From an uncultured delta proteobacterium (GTDB lineage: Bacteria; Desulfobacterota; Desulfobulbia; Desulfobulbales; Desulfocapsaceae): a stretch of DNA of 64,000 nt. The notes beneath the pieces were generated by a model. It was not told where the DNA came from and made no database searches. It was given only the letters and a program-made list of their open reading frames with translations. Where the stretch lies: contig CAVPXO010000012.1 in assembly GCA_963709755.1 (NCBI GenBank), forward strand, positions 213,952 to 277,951. The letters are read 5' to 3'. Position numbers and translations under genes: made by a program. Below are positions 61,193 to 64,000 of this stretch, piece by piece. The first letter of the stretch is position 1. Every line of letters begins with the position of its first letter.

Positions 61193-64000
61193 TTAGTTTC
61201 GTGTCACCGTCACCGGTGTCGGCGCCGGAGTCCAGGCACTGGAGCCAAGGATATTATTGGCCCTGACCTGCATGTAGACAGAAGTTCCCGCGGTACCACC
61301 CACATTGATCTGCTGAACTCGAGGTGACACCGTTAACCTGAGTTGCCGGAGCCATTGTCGAGCTGTTTGACCAGAGGATGCTGTAGCTGGACGCACCAGG
61401 CACGGCGAGTCCAGTTCAGACCCGCTGTCCTTTGTCCGCCGCGTGTGCCATTGGCCGCAGTAACGTCAGACGGAGCTGCCGGAAGGGCCATGGCTATGGA
61501 CGCCGAAGTTGCGAAGGCCGACAGCCCCCCGCCGTTTACCGCCGCTACCCGGTAAATATAGCTGTTACCAAGCACCACGGTTGGGTCAGAAAAGCTCACA
61601 CTCCCGGTATTGTTGCGAGCCGGGGCTGTGCCGATCTGGGTGAAGGTCGCACCGCTGTCCGAGGGAACGTTCGATGACAAACCCGTTCTCGTTGGTGGCG
61701 TTGTCCTGCCAGGTCAGGTTGACCCGCGGCCCTGCCGCTATAATGGCAGTCAGGGAGGTCGGCGCTGCTGGAAGTTGGCCGTTGCCGCTGAGTACGGAGC
61801 TGGACACAGACTGCGCGCTCACACTCATAAACTCGCCTCCGTAGCCCACTGTGTTGACCGCTGCCACACGATAGCCGTAGACTGTGTTGCCAATACCACT
61901 GTCGGTCAGGGTAAGGGCGTTACCCGCTGTGTTCGGCACGGCGAGCAGCTGCAGGACAGGTGTGCCGACATTCGTCCAGTTAATACTGTCCGCGGACCGC
62001 TGCAGCTGGAAAGACGTTTCTGTCAGGGAGTTGTCGGTGAAGGACACATTTACCCTGTTGCCTTTTCCTGCAGTAAGTGTTCCGATTATCGGCTCTTTCG
62101 GCGGCAACGCCACGGAAACAGGCCGCATCATATCCATCTCCTCATGGCTGAGGATATGGCAGTGCCACACGTACTCCAAACCATAGTTGACGAGCTGGTT
62201 TTCGATCGGAGCGGTAGGATTACCGGCGGCATCGACGTTATTGAAGCCCATTAATGACCCAAGCGGCATCATCGGATGCAGCGGCCGAACGCTGTTGGGC
62301 AGCTCCCATGGCAGATCAGGAATGATTGGCCTGAGGGCCACGATCGTGTCCTCCAGCGGGCTCACCCGCAGCGTATCTTTCCAGCCGAGTTCGGTTGGAT
62401 CCGGCGGGCTGATGATATTATCCCAGGTTACCCGGTTGAGCACCTGCACATCGTAGAGATGCCAGTGGAGCGGATGAGTGTCCACACCATTATGGGTGAT
62501 CTTCCAGATCTGTGTCCCGTCCGCCGAGCTGATCGGGCTGATAGGTTTCATAGTCGTGATATTATTCTTTGGCAGATTGGTAGCATCGAACATCTCCGTC
62601 GGTGGGTTGACAAACGGGTAAAGAATGATGTTCTGAGCCGCCGGTGTGGCCGGCACGGCCTCAACACCGATATTTGCCGACATTCTGCCGAACTCGTCGA
62701 AAGCTGAGGCGTTCATCTCGTCATGAATTGCCTTCGGTTCGATCATAATCTCCAGCTTGCCTGCCGGATCCAGCAGGGTGTTAAAGCCGAACAGGGTTCC
62801 GCCCTGGTTGTTGATGCGGAGATGGCCGTCACAAACGGTGCTGGTGCTGCCGCCGTTGCAGTCGCCACTTGCGGAAAAGTTCGTGCCGTATGCCGAGTTG
62901 TACTCTGCCTGCCCAACAATGATCGGATGCTGTGCGGATTCGAATACTCCAGAACCGTCCGCCTTGTGTTTGAATGCATTCTTGAAGTAGCGCTCAGGTT
63001 GAAAGCAGATGCCGCGGTGTTCCCGCAACCTTCACCTGCATGACCGTGCGGGTGTTGGGGCCGTAGCCGGGCAGGATTGAAGGTGCACCTACCGGGGTCA
63101 GATCCGGGGCGCCGGTATAGTAATCATAGCTAGCAACCCTTGCCGGAAATGCAGCAGGGGCGTCATTATAAAGAATAAGCGTCTGGCCGGCAAACTTCGA
63201 GAAGTCGACAATTACGTCGAACCGCTCGGCGGGTGCCACCAGCAGCGAATGTTGATCGACGTTGCCGACGTTAAAGACGGTCGGGTCGATGATCCATGTG
63301 GTCGGCTGGGCCGGAACAACGACCGGGGCCGGCAGGAAGCCGCCCTCGGAACCGATAACGATCCAGTCAGGACCGGCCGGGCTGACGCTGGTGTCCGGCG
63401 TCGGGAAAATATTCGGGTCAAGCTGGGCGGCTGCCAGCTCAGCGGGATTAAGTGCTACCTCAGTGGGTCCGATCGCCACATCGGTTTCACTATTCGGATC
63501 AGCCACATACCAGGAGAAGTTGAAGAACCGGTCGTTGGCCGCGTTCAGGATGCGCAGTCGATAAGCCTTGGGCTCCACCGTGGTGGTGGGGTAGGCCGTG
63601 CCGTTGACGATGGGCGTATCGTTGAACTGCTCCATACCCACGGAGATATTCGGCGTACCGGGGATTTTCTCCGGCTCACAGAAGGGGTCGGTCTCGTATT
63701 GCCAGGTGGTAGGATCGTTGATGTTGCAGGCAGCGCCAATGGTGTCTGCCAACATCTGTATGTCGGATCATATTATAATACGGATTGGCAATCGGTCCGT
63801 ACGGTGGTGTTGCCGGTGGCCAGAACCACGGTCCGTACATCCAGCGGCCGAAGGGGCTCATGCCCGTTGCGTCGCCAGGATTCTGGGCCGGCATATAGAC
63901 ATGATGATACCAGAAATTGCCCATGCCACCCCAGCTTGCGGTATCCCAGGTCGGGTCCTGCCAGTCCAGCTGGTCGGTGCCCGGCACAAAGGTCCGGTCT
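61193..64000 (-). CDS. OmpB/MofA-type multicopper oxidase with C-terminal fibronectin type III repeats; 5' end outside the window, several frameshifts
   Basis: DRTFVP, YRLRILNAANDRF, APAERFDVIVDF, HPLHWH and WHCHILSHEEMDM copper motifs; Fn3 patterns W.DN..NE.GF.IERS and Y.YRVAAVN spread over ORFs 63676-63987, 62994-63755, 61586-63028, 61333-61680 and 61193-61396. Confidence 0.82.

Overview
This is a bacterial chromosomal window, inferred from gene content to be Desulfobacterota, probably Desulfobulbales/Desulfocapsaceae. I found no rRNA, tRNA, CRISPR array, transposase or integrase. The first ~50 kb is mostly housekeeping: tgt-yajC, guaB-guaA, rpsA-ihfB, a DEAD-box helicase, ilvD, a three-gene 2-oxoacid oxidoreductase operon, amt, map, holA, clpS-clpA, rmuC, nikR and an orphan nifV-like gene. 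Two loci stand out. (1) At 0.5-4.1 kb, a glutathione-themed locus links a GshB-like ligase with altered glycine-rich loops, a YadG/YadH ABC-2 transporter, a CPFC glutaredoxin and a convergent GST, with no gshA in view. (2) At 50.4-64 kb, a GC-richer copper-themed island holds an OmpB/MofA-type multicopper oxidase with Fn3 repeats, CusB/CusA without CusC, two NosL-like proteins without nosZ, a small conserved protein with a decayed second copy, a LolD/FtsX-type ABC pair and a Cys/His-motif membrane protein, arranged as two convergent halves. Other features are a ~160-bp palindromic MITE/REP-like element supplying the amt stop codon, sigma-54 promoters before amt and nifV, and several domain fusions (REC-DUF4388-PilZ, NYN-cold shock, SEC-C-MetAP). 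Frameshifts near 27.7 kb and across 60-63.8 kb look more like long-read indel errors than real pseudogenisation. All family calls come from motif recognition by eye; no database searches were run.
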